A stretch of 56,395 nt of DNA from Ruthenibacterium lactatiformans (GCA_963614215.1 CAVECB010000008.1:1-56395); one strand, 5' to 3'. Positions 28,256-37,445 are shown, counted from the stretch's first letter. Notes: generated from the sequence alone by a model not told the origin. Program-made: numbers and translations.

Positions 28256-30093
28256 ACAAGGTGAAGGCGTTCACGGAAAACGGGGCGGCGGCCGGCGCGG
28301 GCCGGCGGCGCATGGGGCGGGGCAAGAAGGCGCTCGCGGGGCTTTTGTGCGGTGCGCTCGCGACGACGATGCTGCCGTGCACCGGCATCGCGGGAGTGCA
28401 AGAGGCAGCCGCCGCGCAAGTAACCTCCACTCAGGTATCTGCGGCTGGCGCAGGCGCAGATACGGGCGCAGGTGGAGGCGCGGGCACGACGCAGCAGACG
28501 CAAGAGGCGCAGTCCCTGCCGCAGGAGACGCCGGCGAAAACCGAGGTCGTCTACGCGAAGACAGACGGCGCGGGCGACCCGACGGGGATATACGTGGTGA
28601 ACGGCTTCACCGCGAAAAACGCCTGCGAGGCACGCGACGTGGGTATCTACGAGAAGCTGACGAACCTCTCCACCACCGAGGAGCTCTCCTGCGCAGACGG
28701 CGGCGTCGCCTTCACCCTCGCGGCGGACACGCCCTTCTACTACCAAGGCGACCTGCCCGCCTCGACGGCGCTGCCCTGGAAGGTCTCGCTTCGCTACATC
28801 CTCGACGGTGCGGAGCTTTCCGCCGACGAGCTGGCCGGCAAAAGCGGGAATCTGAAAATAGAGCTGACGGTAGAGCCGCGCGGCACGGACGGCGCAGGAG
28901 ACGCGAGCCTTGCGGACTTTTCCGACAACTACCTCGTGCAGGCGCAGGCCACGTTTGCAAACGAGGCGTTTTCCATCGAGAGCGCAAACGACGCGACGCT
29001 TTCCCGCACGGGCAGCAGCGCCGGCGTGTCGTGCATGGTCGTGCCCGGCCAGAACAAGACCTTTTACATAGAGGGCACGGCGAACAGCTTCGAATTCGAC
29101 GGCTTCCAAATCGCTGCCCTGCCGCTCGGGATGGCCATCGACGTGGCCGAAGAGGACACAGGCGAGCTGGACAAGAAGACAGGCGAGCTCGACGATGCCG
29201 TCGGCAGCGCGGCAGACGGGGCACGCGCGCTTGCGAGCGGCAACGTGGACCTAAGCCGCGGCATCGCCACGCTCGAAAGCGGGCTTTCCGGGATTGCGGG
29301 TGAAAGCGGCACGCTCGCGAGCGGATGGGAGAGCGTGCGCGAGGGCATCTCGTCTGTCGAGGGTGGTGCGGCGCAGCTTGCAGAAGGAAGCGACGCGTTT
29401 TCGGAGAGCATAGACACGGCGGCAGAGGAAGCCGTCGCCGGGGCGTCTATGCTCGAGGAGGCGCAGGCGGCCTACCAGACGGCGGCGCAGGCCGCGCAGG
29501 CCGAGATTGCGCAGACAGGCACGGTGAGCGCGCAGACCTTTGCCGCCGTGAACGAGGCGGCTCAGGCGCTGGCGCAGGCAAGCGGGGGCGCTGGGGCGTA
29601 TCAGGCGCTCGCGCAGGTGCAAGACGGCTATGCGGAGCTGGGGGCGGGCATCGACGCGCTCGCCGACGGTGCAGGCGAGCTGGCCGTAGGCGCAGATGCG
29701 TTTTCCGATGGGCTGGGCAACTACACGGACGCGGTCGAATCAGCGGCAAGCGGCAGCGGGGAGCTGTTCTCGGGCGCTGCCGAACTTGCCGAGGGGGCAG
29801 ACACCCTGAGCGACGGGATGGAAGAGCTGCACGAGGAAACGGGCGCGCTGGACGAGAAGGTGCTCGATGCGCTGCAGGACAAGGTGGATGAGCTTTTGGG
29901 GGCCGGATTTGCCCCGCGCTCCTTTGTGGCACCGGAAAACACCAACGTCGAGGCCGTGCAGTTCGTCTACGTCACCCCCCAGGTCCACGTGGCGCAAGAC
30001 GAAAGCGACAGTGGCGCCGGCGACAGTCAGACGTCCCTGCCCGAGCGCATCGCGGCAATCTTCACCCGCCTGTTCGGCGCAAACGGCGAGTAG
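28252..30093 (+). CDS. YhgE/Pip N-terminal-domain-like secreted or anchored protein
   Basis: ATG overlaps the MMPL stop (ATGA). N-terminal anchor ALAGLLCGALATTMLP. Long Ala/Gly-rich repeats of the type GAxxLAxGxxxLxxG. No C-terminal TM bundle. Confidence 0.65.
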   Translation: MNKVKAFTENGAAAGAGRRRMGRGKKALAGLLCGALATTMLPCTGIAGVQEAAAAQVTSTQVSAAGAGADTGAGGGAGTTQQTQEAQSLPQETPAKTEVVYAKTDGAGDPTGIYVVNGFTAKNACEARDVGIYEKLTNLSTTEELSCADGGVAFTLAADTPFYYQGDLPASTALPWKVSLRYILDGAELSADELAGKSGNLKIELTVEPRGTDGAGDASLADFSDNYLVQAQATFANEAFSIESANDATLSRTGSSAGVSCMVVPGQNKTFYIEGTANSFEFDGFQIAALPLGMAIDVAEEDTGELDKKTGELDDAVGSAADGARALASGNVDLSRGIATLESGLSGIAGESGTLASGWESVREGISSVEGGAAQLAEGSDAFSESIDTAAEEAVAGASMLEEAQAAYQTAAQAAQAEIAQTGTVSAQTFAAVNEAAQALAQASGGAGAYQALAQVQDGYAELGAGIDALADGAGELAVGADAFSDGLGNYTDAVESAASGSGELFSGAAELAEGADTLSDGMEELHEETGALDEKVLDALQDKVDELLGAGFAPRSFVAPENTNVEAVQFVYVTPQVHVAQDESDSGAGDSQTSLPERIAAIFTRLFGANGE

Positions 30094-30096
30094 GGT

Positions 30097-30945
30097 CTAT
30101 CCCCTCGCCCATTTGTCCAGAAACGCGCCCGAGACCTGAAGCGAGCGCACCGGGTCGTCGTCGATCCAGTTGTTGTGGCTTTCCAAGACCAGCGCCTCGA
30201 CGCCGAGCGCGCGGGCTTTCTCGCAGCACGCGACCAGGTCGAGGTTGCCCAGCCCGAGCTCGACGGACTTCTGCTTCACGATGGGGGTGAAGATCCTCGT
30301 GCCCTTCCTCGCGCCCCTGTCCGTCAGGTGCACGAGCTTCAGCCGGCTGCCCAACATGTCCATGACCTGCAGTGGGTCGACGCCGGCATCCGCGGCCCAA
30401 AACACGTCCAGTTCGAAGCCGAGGTGCGCGGGGTCGGTCAGCTTGACCAACTTGCCGTACATGTTGTCCGTGCGGTAGCGCAAGAACTCGGCGTTGTGGT
30501 TGTGGTACAGGAGCTGCAGCCCATATTCCGCCAGCGCCCGGCCCGCCGCGTCGAGCGAGGCGGCCAACCCGCAGACCGCGCCGGCGTCCGAGTAGTCGAA
30601 CTTGTACATCCCCGTGACGACGATTTTGTCGCAGCCGAAGACGCGCGCCTCCTCGGCCACCATGTCCGTCTTCTTCTCGATGGTGCCCAGGTCCTCGTGG
30701 AGCGCAAGGACGGAGAGGTCCGACTGCGAGACCAGCGCGCGCCAGTCCAGCTTGCCGCATTTTCCCACGGGCATGCCGCCGAGGCTCGTCAGCACTTTCA
30801 CAAGAGGCGAGCTCGGGCGCGTCATGAAGCCGTTGAGCTCGATCGCGTCGTAGCCCGCGGCGGCTATCTCGGCCAGTATCTCGGCCGCGCGGGCCTCAGA
30901 CGCGCAGGCCTTGCCTATCATCAGTTGCTGGACTGCCGTTTTCAT
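30097..30945 (-). CDS. sugar phosphate isomerase/epimerase (xylose-isomerase-like TIM barrel)
   Basis: YDAIELNG, LLYHNHNAEF, ELDVFW, VHLTD and LESH motifs. AAGGTG RBS 6 nt before ATG 30945. Confidence 0.8.
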   Translation of the reverse strand: MKTAVQQLMIGKACASEARAAEILAEIAAAGYDAIELNGFMTRPSSPLVKVLTSLGGMPVGKCGKLDWRALVSQSDLSVLALHEDLGTIEKKTDMVAEEARVFGCDKIVVTGMYKFDYSDAGAVCGLAASLDAAGRALAEYGLQLLYHNHNAEFLRYRTDNMYGKLVKLTDPAHLGFELDVFWAADAGVDPLQVMDMLGSRLKLVHLTDRGARKGTRIFTPIVKQKSVELGLGNLDLVACCEKARALGVEALVLESHNNWIDDDPVRSLQVSGAFLDKWARG

Positions 30946-30959
30946 GCGCTGCACCTTGT

Positions 30960-31157
30960 GTGTCGTCTGCCGGCGGACAGGCATCCGATGGTAGCAGACT
31001 CCGCCGGCGCGCGAAGCTGCGGCCCACTTCGCAAAACGACGTGCGCATCTTCAACGTCGAGACCATCGAGGCCATGAACGAGGCAGAGGCTGTCGGCACG
31101 AACCCGGATACAAAATCCTACTCCTCGTTTTCCGAGTTGCTCGAAGACCTGGACTGA
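30960..31157 (+). pseudogene. dinJ: N-terminally truncated DinJ/RelB-family antitoxin remnant
   Basis: Only the C-terminal toxin-binding part is present: NVETIEAMNEAEAVG...SFSELLEDLD (compare E. coli DinJ PNQLTIQSIKNSEAG...DADDLFDKLGI). The RHH DNA-binding N-terminus is absent. It abuts the isomerase gene start. Confidence 0.6.
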
Positions 31158-31159
31158 CA

Positions 31160-31441
31160 ATGGCTCAGTTTCAGATACGGCGCACATCCGCCTTCAAGAA
31201 AGATGTGAAACGCCTTATGAAGCAGGGACGCGACCTCTCGAAGCTTGCTGCCGTCGTCGATGCAATCGTTGATGGCAAGTAACTTGAAGAAAGACACCGC
31301 GATCACGAGCTTGTCGGCAACCGCCGGGGCTTTCGGGACTGCCATATCGAGCCCGATTGGGTGCTCATCTACAAGCTAGATAAAGACGTGCTCATCCTCA
31401 CCTTGACTCGCACCAAAACCCATGCCGAGCTGGAACTATGA
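31160..31441 (+). pseudogene. yafQ: YafQ-family RelE-type toxin inactivated by an in-frame TAA at 31280-31282
   Basis: MAQFQIRRTSAFKKDVKRLMKQGRDLSKL...DGK*LEERHRDHELVGNRRGFRDCHIEPDWVLIYKLDKDVLILTLTRTKTHAEL. Collinear with YafQ on both sides of the stop. Confidence 0.8.
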
Positions 31442-31492
31442 GTTCATTTCAGGAAATCCGCAACGCTCGAGACTTCAAATCACGATAGCCTG

Positions 31493-31570
31493 GTTTACTA
31501 TCCTTTACTATCTTTTACTATTTCGGGTTTCTTTTACTAATCTTTACTAACTTTTACTAACCTCTACTAT
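31493..31570 (+). repeat. seven phased direct repeats of (T/C)TTTACTA (10-bp register, 3 + 4 copies)
   Basis: TTTACTA at 31494, 31504, 31514, 31533, 31543 and 31553, and TCTACTA at 31563. AT-rich island in a GC-rich genome. Confidence 0.85.
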
Positions 31571-31574
31571 TTCG

Positions 31575-31611
31575 ATTCCCCAAAATTGCGATTTTTTCGA
31601 TTTTGGGGAAT
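31575..31611. repeat. perfect 12-bp inverted repeat ATTCCCCAAAAT-N13-ATTTTGGGGAAT
   Basis: Read directly. It immediately follows the direct-repeat array. No flanking U-tract, so not a classical terminator. Confidence 0.85.
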
Positions 31612-31711
31612 GGTGCCACTCGGCCAGTTGGCTGCATCCACTATTCGTACCCCCTCGTCCTGATTTTCCCATTCAAAGGACGGTGCCGGCGAACCTATTC
31701 ACATCACATTC

Positions 31712-31740
31712 TTGACGCGGGCGTAAGCACAACATAGTAT
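31712..31740 (+). promoter_or_regulatory. candidate sigma-70-type promoter of vapBC (TTGACG-N17-TAGTAT)
   Basis: Hexamers with exact 17-bp spacing, 32 nt upstream of the ATG. GAGGAGG RBS at 31758-31764. Confidence 0.5.
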
Positions 31741-31771
31741 TTGTTATGACAGAAACAGAGGAGGCGCGAAC

Positions 31772-32047
31772 ATGCAGACGACGAGCACGGTCTTCAAGAC
31801 AGGAAACAGCGCGGCGATCGCGCTGCCCGCCGCCTGGCGCAAACGTCACGGCGTGTGCGTGGGCGACAAGCTGCGCATGGATGCCCTCGACGACGGGCGC
31901 ATCGTGCTGGAAAAGCACTGCGAGGCATCCCGCTCGCAGGCGATAGCAGCCTTCCTCTCGCAGGAAAGCGAGCTGCCGGACATCCCGTGGACGAGGGGCG
32001 ATTCCAAAAAAGACGACCGCGCGCTGCTCGCAGAACGCTATGCGTAG
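31772..32047 (+). CDS. vapB: AbrB/MazE/SpoVT-fold antitoxin (VapB-like)
   Basis: VFKTGNSAAIALPAAWRKRHGVCVGDKLRMD swapped-hairpin motif. 8-nt overlap with the downstream PIN gene. Confidence 0.8.
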   Translation: MQTTSTVFKTGNSAAIALPAAWRKRHGVCVGDKLRMDALDDGRIVLEKHCEASRSQAIAAFLSQESELPDIPWTRGDSKKDDRALLAERYA

Positions 32048-32459
32048 GCTCTTCTTCGACACCTGTGTCCTCGTGGATCTCGCAGTCCCCGCGCGCCCCA
32101 GGCACGCCAGCGCTGCGAAGTTGCTCGCACGCATCGCCGAGCACCCCGAAATCAGAACCTTCGCCCTCGCCTCCTCCTTGAAAGATGTCTACTACATCCT
32201 CTGCCGGCACTACAGCGCCCCCGACTTGGCGAAAGAGCGGACGCGAATGCTGGCAGACACCTTCGAGATCGAGGAACTGACCCGCCCGCTTCTGGAAGAT
32301 GCTTTCTCCTCGGACGAACCCGATTTCGAAGACGCCCTCGTCCGGGTGACGGCGCAACGAATTTCCTGCGATTTCATCGTGACAGAAGATTGGAAGGGCT
32401 TTGCCGCTTCGTCCGTGAAGAAAGCGACGATAGACGAAGCGCTCGCTGCGATGGGCTAG
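32040..32459 (+). CDS. vapC: PIN-domain toxin (VapC-like)
   Basis: FFDTCVLVD (first acidic residue), FEDAL, and DFIVTEDWKGF near the C-terminus. 139 aa. Confidence 0.8.
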   Translation: MRRLFFDTCVLVDLAVPARPRHASAAKLLARIAEHPEIRTFALASSLKDVYYILCRHYSAPDLAKERTRMLADTFEIEELTRPLLEDAFSSDEPDFEDALVRVTAQRISCDFIVTEDWKGFAASSVKKATIDEALAAMG

Positions 32460-32485
32460 AGCATCTCTGCAGTCTCTACTGAGTT

Positions 32486-33739
32486 TTACCATGAAAAACG
32501 CCCGAGGTCGACGATGCCGGATTCCATGCGGCTCCGCATGGCCTCGATTGAGGCGTCCTTGATACCGGCAGACAATGCCAAGCGCCGCCAGCCCGCCACA
32601 GCATCACGCGCCCGCCCGGCCAACTCGCGCGCCTCGTCTCGCTTCACATCGTAAAGCCCCGCACACTCCATGACGGTCTCGACATCGTGAAGTGTCCCGG
32701 CATCTCCCACGCCCACGGCGAAACGCCCGCCCGCATCGAGCCGCGTGGGGTTTACATCGAAAAACGGCGAGAGGCGCCAACCCCGCCCGGCCGGATCGCG
32801 CAAAAAGCCGAAGTTGCGCATGTGGTTGTCGGTGTTCCCGATTCCCGCGGACAACAAGGCGTGCAGCCACAGGCGGCGTTTGTCCGCACGCGCGTCCGCG
32901 CCTTCCCGTGTAAGGAAATCCGCGAGGTCGAGATAGGAATATCCATCGGCACCGTCGCGCCCGCCGATCGCGGAAAGCCCGCTCAGGTAGGGAACGCGCC
33001 GCACGCCCTCGCGATCGAAGCGCCTCACGAGCAGCACCGAGCGCCCCGAGAGCCTGAGCAGCCTAGCAGACGGCACCGCAAGGCCACAAGCCGCAAAGAT
33101 GTCGAGGGCGACCTTCTCCCAGGCACACACGTCGTCGAGCACCGATTCATCTTTACGGGGGAACTTGGCGATGAAAAGCGTGCCGTCCGCGTCGGCAACA
33201 GACGCTTTTGGGCGCGCGCCGCCCAAACTCGACCCCGCGGCAAACAAGTCGCGCACGTCGGCCGAAAGGTCGTCTGCCGCAAGGTCTGCCGCATCCAGCA
33301 AAGCAGGCAGCTCCACCTCCCGAGGCACTCCCGTGCCTGGAACGGACAGCACCGCGCCATCTTCGTCCCACAGGCGCACGGCACCCTGGCGCTGCGCGTC
33401 GTCCACCCCGCAGAGCAGGTCGAGCTCGAAAAGCGTGCGCGGCGTCCGCCCCTGCTCGCGGGCGAGACGCGCTTCCTCGCGACGCATGAGGTTTCGTCCC
33501 CAGCGGTCGGGCATGCAATCACCGAAGGCGCGCAACTCGGCCGTGCCAGCGGAATGGAAGGCGCCCGGCGTGAGCGGCATGTCCGGGCTCAAGGCGAAGG
33601 CCTTCGGATGTTCCAAATAGCCCGCGTCGTAGGAGAAGACGAGCGACTCACGGCCATTGCGGACGTTCTGGTCGAGGGTGCCGCACGCGAGGTCTGCGCC
33701 GTCCACCTGCACCGTCACGCGCACGCGTCGCCGTGCCAT
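32486..33739 (-). CDS. hipA: HipA-family serine/threonine kinase toxin (copy 1)
   Basis: GGARPKASV, IGNTDNHMRNFGFL catalytic loop, HipA N-terminal coupling domain. 417 aa. Confidence 0.9.
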   Translation of the reverse strand: MARRRVRVTVQVDGADLACGTLDQNVRNGRESLVFSYDAGYLEHPKAFALSPDMPLTPGAFHSAGTAELRAFGDCMPDRWGRNLMRREEARLAREQGRTPRTLFELDLLCGVDDAQRQGAVRLWDEDGAVLSVPGTGVPREVELPALLDAADLAADDLSADVRDLFAAGSSLGGARPKASVADADGTLFIAKFPRKDESVLDDVCAWEKVALDIFAACGLAVPSARLLRLSGRSVLLVRRFDREGVRRVPYLSGLSAIGGRDGADGYSYLDLADFLTREGADARADKRRLWLHALLSAGIGNTDNHMRNFGFLRDPAGRGWRLSPFFDVNPTRLDAGGRFAVGVGDAGTLHDVETVMECAGLYDVKRDEARELAGRARDAVAGWRRLALSAGIKDASIEAMRSRMESGIVDLGRFSW

Positions 33740-33741
33740 GG

Positions 33742-34038
33742 CTAGTACCTCACCCTCTGGGGGACGTCCTCTTCGGCAAGCACGCGCCCAAGCGGCGTGG
33801 CCAGGGGATCCGTCGCGTCCACGACGCCGTCGAGCAGCCCGAGCGTCATGGCCACGCGCAGGAAGGTCTCGAGCGTGCCCTCCCCCCGATTGAGCAGCTT
33901 AGAGATGGTCGGCGCCGATATGGCTGTGCGGTCGGCGAGGACGGCCACGGAGACACGCTGCTGGCGACGTGCGAGGTTGAGGTTCGCGGCGATGTCTCGT
34001 TGCGCCCGGGCGACCGGACGCGGCGTCGCTGTTTTCAC
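33742..34038 (-). CDS. hipB: XRE-family HTH antitoxin (HipB-like, copy 1)
   Basis: Stop lies 2 nt before the hipA ATG. HTH VSVAVLADRTAISAPTISKLLNG-type. GTG start. Confidence 0.75.
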   Translation of the reverse strand: MKTATPRPVARAQRDIAANLNLARRQQRVSVAVLADRTAISAPTISKLLNRGEGTLETFLRVAMTLGLLDGVVDATDPLATPLGRVLAEEDVPQRVRY

Positions 34039-34187
34039 GCTGCTGTCGCCGCCTTTCGTTAAAGAATTTTTCGATTACCACACTTTATCATAAGTTTTAT
34101 TGATGAAACATACCAGACACACCATCGCTGCTTGACTGCCGCAGCGTTGCGCGGGCGGCGCAGGGTTTCACCAAGGCCTTTTCACCG

Positions 34188-34235
34188 CCTCTTTCGCCAG
34201 ACACCTCTTTCGCCAGACACCTCTTTCGCCAAACC
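34188..34235. repeat. 16-bp tandem direct repeat x3 (CCTCTTTCGCCAGACA)
   Basis: 34188-34203, 34204-34219 and 34220-34235 (third copy has 2 mismatches). It ends 6 nt from the stop of the MscS-type gene. Confidence 0.85.
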
Positions 34236-34241
34236 CCTTCG

Positions 34242-37200
34242 CTAGTCCCTCGCCCCTTCGTCGGCCTCCATGCCCTCGGCGGCCTCGCGCTGCTCGCGGT
34301 TGAAACGCTCGGCGCTCATCCTCTCGCCAAAAGTCGCCGCTTTCTTGCCGACCGGCTGGTTCACCACGACCTGCGGATACGGAATCCCGATGTCGTAGTG
34401 GTCGAAGAGTAACTTGATCTCGCGGTTCAAGCTCCTCTCCACCGCAGACCTGTCTTTTTCCAGGCACTGAACCATTATGCGGATGTTGACGCTGCTGTCG
34501 CCAAGCGACACGACGCCCTTGTAGACAGGCCCAGCGATAAGTTCGGGGATGTGTTTGCGGATGTTGGGCAGCTCCTCGGCCAAGATGGCCTCCACCCGCT
34601 CTATCGACTCGCTGTACTCGATGCCGACGTCCACCCAGGTATACGACGACTGCTTGGTCATGTTGACGATGTCGTTCACGTTGCTATTGCGAATGACCTT
34701 GATGTTTTGCGAGCCGTCCATCACCTTCGTGGTGCGCACCCCAATCTCCATCACGGTCCCGCTCCAAGACCCGACGGTGATGATGTCGCCGACGCGAAAC
34801 TCGCCTTCAAAGATGATGAAAAGCCCGGACAGAATGTCGCTTACCAGCTCTTTTGCGCCCAGCGAGATGGCAATCGAGAGGATGCCGGCAGATGCGAGCA
34901 GGGTGGTGGTGTCGATGCCCACAAGAGCCAGGCAATAGTAGACGGTGCCGATGATCGTGACGTATTTGATGAAGCTACCCAGCAGCCTGCACACGGTCTC
35001 GCCACGCGATTCGAGCACGCCGGCGAGCAGGGACATGAGCTTTTGCACGATCAGGGCCGCCGTTATGGAAAAACAGGCGAACATGATGCAGGCGGTGAAG
35101 GCGAAGATGTTAGGTCCGTGCTCCCAGCCGCCATCGAGGATGTAGGTGAAAAGGGAACCCGAGTCGAAGATCTGGTCGCGGAAGAGCACCGCCACGAAGA
35201 TGGCGAGCACCGCCACGGCGCCCATGGCCTTCACTACCAGGGCAACCTTTTGCTCCGGGTCCCTCTCGCCCCACTTGAACGGCCTGCCCAGCCAGCGGCT
35301 TGCCACCGACTCGGTCCGCAGTTTCCTCCCATCAGGCATGGAGGTGTCAAACTTGCGGGCGCCTGTGGCACCGCCAGCGGCGGCGTCAACAGCGGCGGCG
35401 TCTTTCGGGTCGGGCGCATCGCCAGCGGCACCCGCGCCGGCACCCGCGCCATCGCCGCCTCGCCCGCCTGCGGCTCCTTCGGCTTCGAGCGCGTCGTCAA
35501 AGCGCGAGTTCTTGCGCTCGAACACCAGTATGCAAAAGAGCAGAATTTGGCACAAAAGGGCTATCCCCGCCGTGGCCAGGGTCAACGGCCCGCGCGTGGA
35601 CATGAGGTCGCCTTCCGTGCCGGCCATGTAGAGGTAGTAGTCGCCCTGCTCGACCGACGACGCATAATACGTCTGCCCGTCGATGGTCAAATAGTCGCAA
35701 AAGCCGTCCTTGAGCTGGCTTGCGGTCATGCCGCACTCAGTCGCGGCCTTGCCCACAAGATCGCTGTCGGGGAAGTAGGCAAAGGTCCCGTCCGATTTCT
35801 TCACGGCAAACGCGAAGCGCCCCGACTGCCCCTTCACCCCGTCCAAGACCTTGTCGACCTGCACGCTGTCCAAGAGGTTTTGCAGCCTGCTGGGTTTGAT
35901 GCCAATTTGCACGAAGCCGTTGGCGTTGCCGTCGGCGTCGTGCAAGATCACGCCGATGTATTGCATCAGCTCCCCCTCGACGTCGTCTGCCTGCGCGGGC
36001 TGCACCACGTACTCCACGCCCTGCAGCAGCTTGCGGAAGGCATAGGATTGGTCGTTGGGGTCGCTGCTGATGGTGAAGTTGACGATCGAGTTGTTGGCTG
36101 CCGTGACCGAGCCCTGGGAGTCGTAGGTTCCCACGTAGCGAACCTGCAAGACGTCTGCCAGTTTCTTGAGGCCGTCTTTGGTCGCGAGCGCCGGATTGGC
36201 ATCGAGGATGTAGGCTGCCACCTTGCATTTGCACAGGTAGCGGTCGTTGTATTGTTCCCTCAGCGCGTCGGCGCGCTTGTCGGCCGTCTCGATGGTGGTG
36301 GCCAGGCTCTGCACGCTGCTGTTGTTGGCCACCGATTGCGCCGACAGCGAGAAGAGTGTCTGCATGTAAAACGAGATTGCCACGATGGCCACGAAGCCCA
36401 CGAGCGAGATGACGGCGCCCTTCTTCACGATGGTCTTGTTCACGCGCAGGCCGCCGACCTCGGCAAAATCCTTGCCCCTGTCCTTGCCGCTTTTGCGCTC
36501 GTCTTCGTGCAGCACACATATGCCGTAGAGAACCGAAATCGCCATCGCCACGAGGAACACGAACAAGATCACGCCGGTGGTGACCCCGCGCGCCGAGGCC
36601 AGGTCCGATTCGGGGACCGCCGCGATGTAGTACATGTCGCCGATTGCGCTGACGTGGCAGTACAGCGACTGCCCGCCCAGCTTGGCCCAGCACAGCGTGC
36701 CATCTTCGAGCATGGAGGCGTCGATCCCGCCGTCTATGGCGTCCGTGCCCACCAGCGCCTCGTTCGGGTGGTATTTGACCAGGTAATCCTGGGACGACAC
36801 CGCGAACACGAAGCCGCTTTGCCCCACCGAGAGGTTCTTGAGCACCGCCGCGGTGGATCCGGAATCCTCCACGAGCTGGTCGAGTTCTTCGGGGTCTTGC
36901 TCGATCACCACCATCGTATTGTCGTCGATGCGCGCCGAATAGTAGCGGTCGTGCCATGAGCGCTCGGCGAGGTTCACCTCCACCGCCTCGGAGGGCTTGC
37001 CGTCGCTAAAGACCGTGCGCAGCCTGTTGAAGCGCGACGAAGCGAAATCGGCGTTTGTCTGCTCCGCCTGCGCCACTATGTGGTTGGCGCGATCCACCAC
37101 CATGATGTTGTCGACTTCGAGCAGGCTTGCCAGCTCGCCCATCTTGGCGTTCGTGGCCTCGTAGCCGGCGTTGTTGGCCGCCATGAACGACACGCTTTCA

Positions 37201-37439
37201 GCCTTCGACTGGTAAATTGCGTCGTAGGAGCTGGTGTTTTGCTTGGTCTCGTCGTCGGCTTGCTGCAAAAGGCCGGGAAGCTGCTCGGAAAGCTGCTCCA
37301 TCTCCTGCGTGTAGTTGTTCAGCATGAGCTTGTTTTGCATCCCCGAGATGCAAAGGGCCGTGCATATGGTCCCAACGGCGACTATCGCCACGAGAATAGC
37401 AACTTTGAACTTGAGTTTTCTCGACATCGGCATCTGCAT
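34242..37439 (-). CDS. MscS-family mechanosensitive channel fused to two tandem Cache-like extracytoplasmic modules (1065 aa)
   Basis: C-terminal MscS core: ...LGAKELVSDILSGLFIIFEGEFRVGDIITVGSWSGTVMEIGVRTTKV.... Two ~250-aa loops, each bracketed by TM helices, containing GQSGFVFAVSSQDYLVKYHPNEALVG and GQSGRFAFAVKKSDGTFAYFPDSDLVG. Confidence 0.8.
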   Translation of the reverse strand: MQMPMSRKLKFKVAILVAIVAVGTICTALCISGMQNKLMLNNYTQEMEQLSEQLPGLLQQADDETKQNTSSYDAIYQSKAESVSFMAANNAGYEATNAKMGELASLLEVDNIMVVDRANHIVAQAEQTNADFASSRFNRLRTVFSDGKPSEAVEVNLAERSWHDRYYSARIDDNTMVVIEQDPEELDQLVEDSGSTAAVLKNLSVGQSGFVFAVSSQDYLVKYHPNEALVGTDAIDGGIDASMLEDGTLCWAKLGGQSLYCHVSAIGDMYYIAAVPESDLASARGVTTGVILFVFLVAMAISVLYGICVLHEDERKSGKDRGKDFAEVGGLRVNKTIVKKGAVISLVGFVAIVAISFYMQTLFSLSAQSVANNSSVQSLATTIETADKRADALREQYNDRYLCKCKVAAYILDANPALATKDGLKKLADVLQVRYVGTYDSQGSVTAANNSIVNFTISSDPNDQSYAFRKLLQGVEYVVQPAQADDVEGELMQYIGVILHDADGNANGFVQIGIKPSRLQNLLDSVQVDKVLDGVKGQSGRFAFAVKKSDGTFAYFPDSDLVGKAATECGMTASQLKDGFCDYLTIDGQTYYASSVEQGDYYLYMAGTEGDLMSTRGPLTLATAGIALLCQILLFCILVFERKNSRFDDALEAEGAAGGRGGDGAGAGAGAAGDAPDPKDAAAVDAAAGGATGARKFDTSMPDGRKLRTESVASRWLGRPFKWGERDPEQKVALVVKAMGAVAVLAIFVAVLFRDQIFDSGSLFTYILDGGWEHGPNIFAFTACIMFACFSITAALIVQKLMSLLAGVLESRGETVCRLLGSFIKYVTIIGTVYYCLALVGIDTTTLLASAGILSIAISLGAKELVSDILSGLFIIFEGEFRVGDIITVGSWSGTVMEIGVRTTKVMDGSQNIKVIRNSNVNDIVNMTKQSSYTWVDVGIEYSESIERVEAILAEELPNIRKHIPELIAGPVYKGVVSLGDSSVNIRIMVQCLEKDRSAVERSLNREIKLLFDHYDIGIPYPQVVVNQPVGKKAATFGERMSAERFNREQREAAEGMEADEGARD

Positions 37440-37445
37440 GCACCC

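Noticed and set aside
31493-31611. CRISPR array
   Set aside because: The repeats are only 7-10 bp in a 10-bp register with no spacers, and there are no cas genes in the window.
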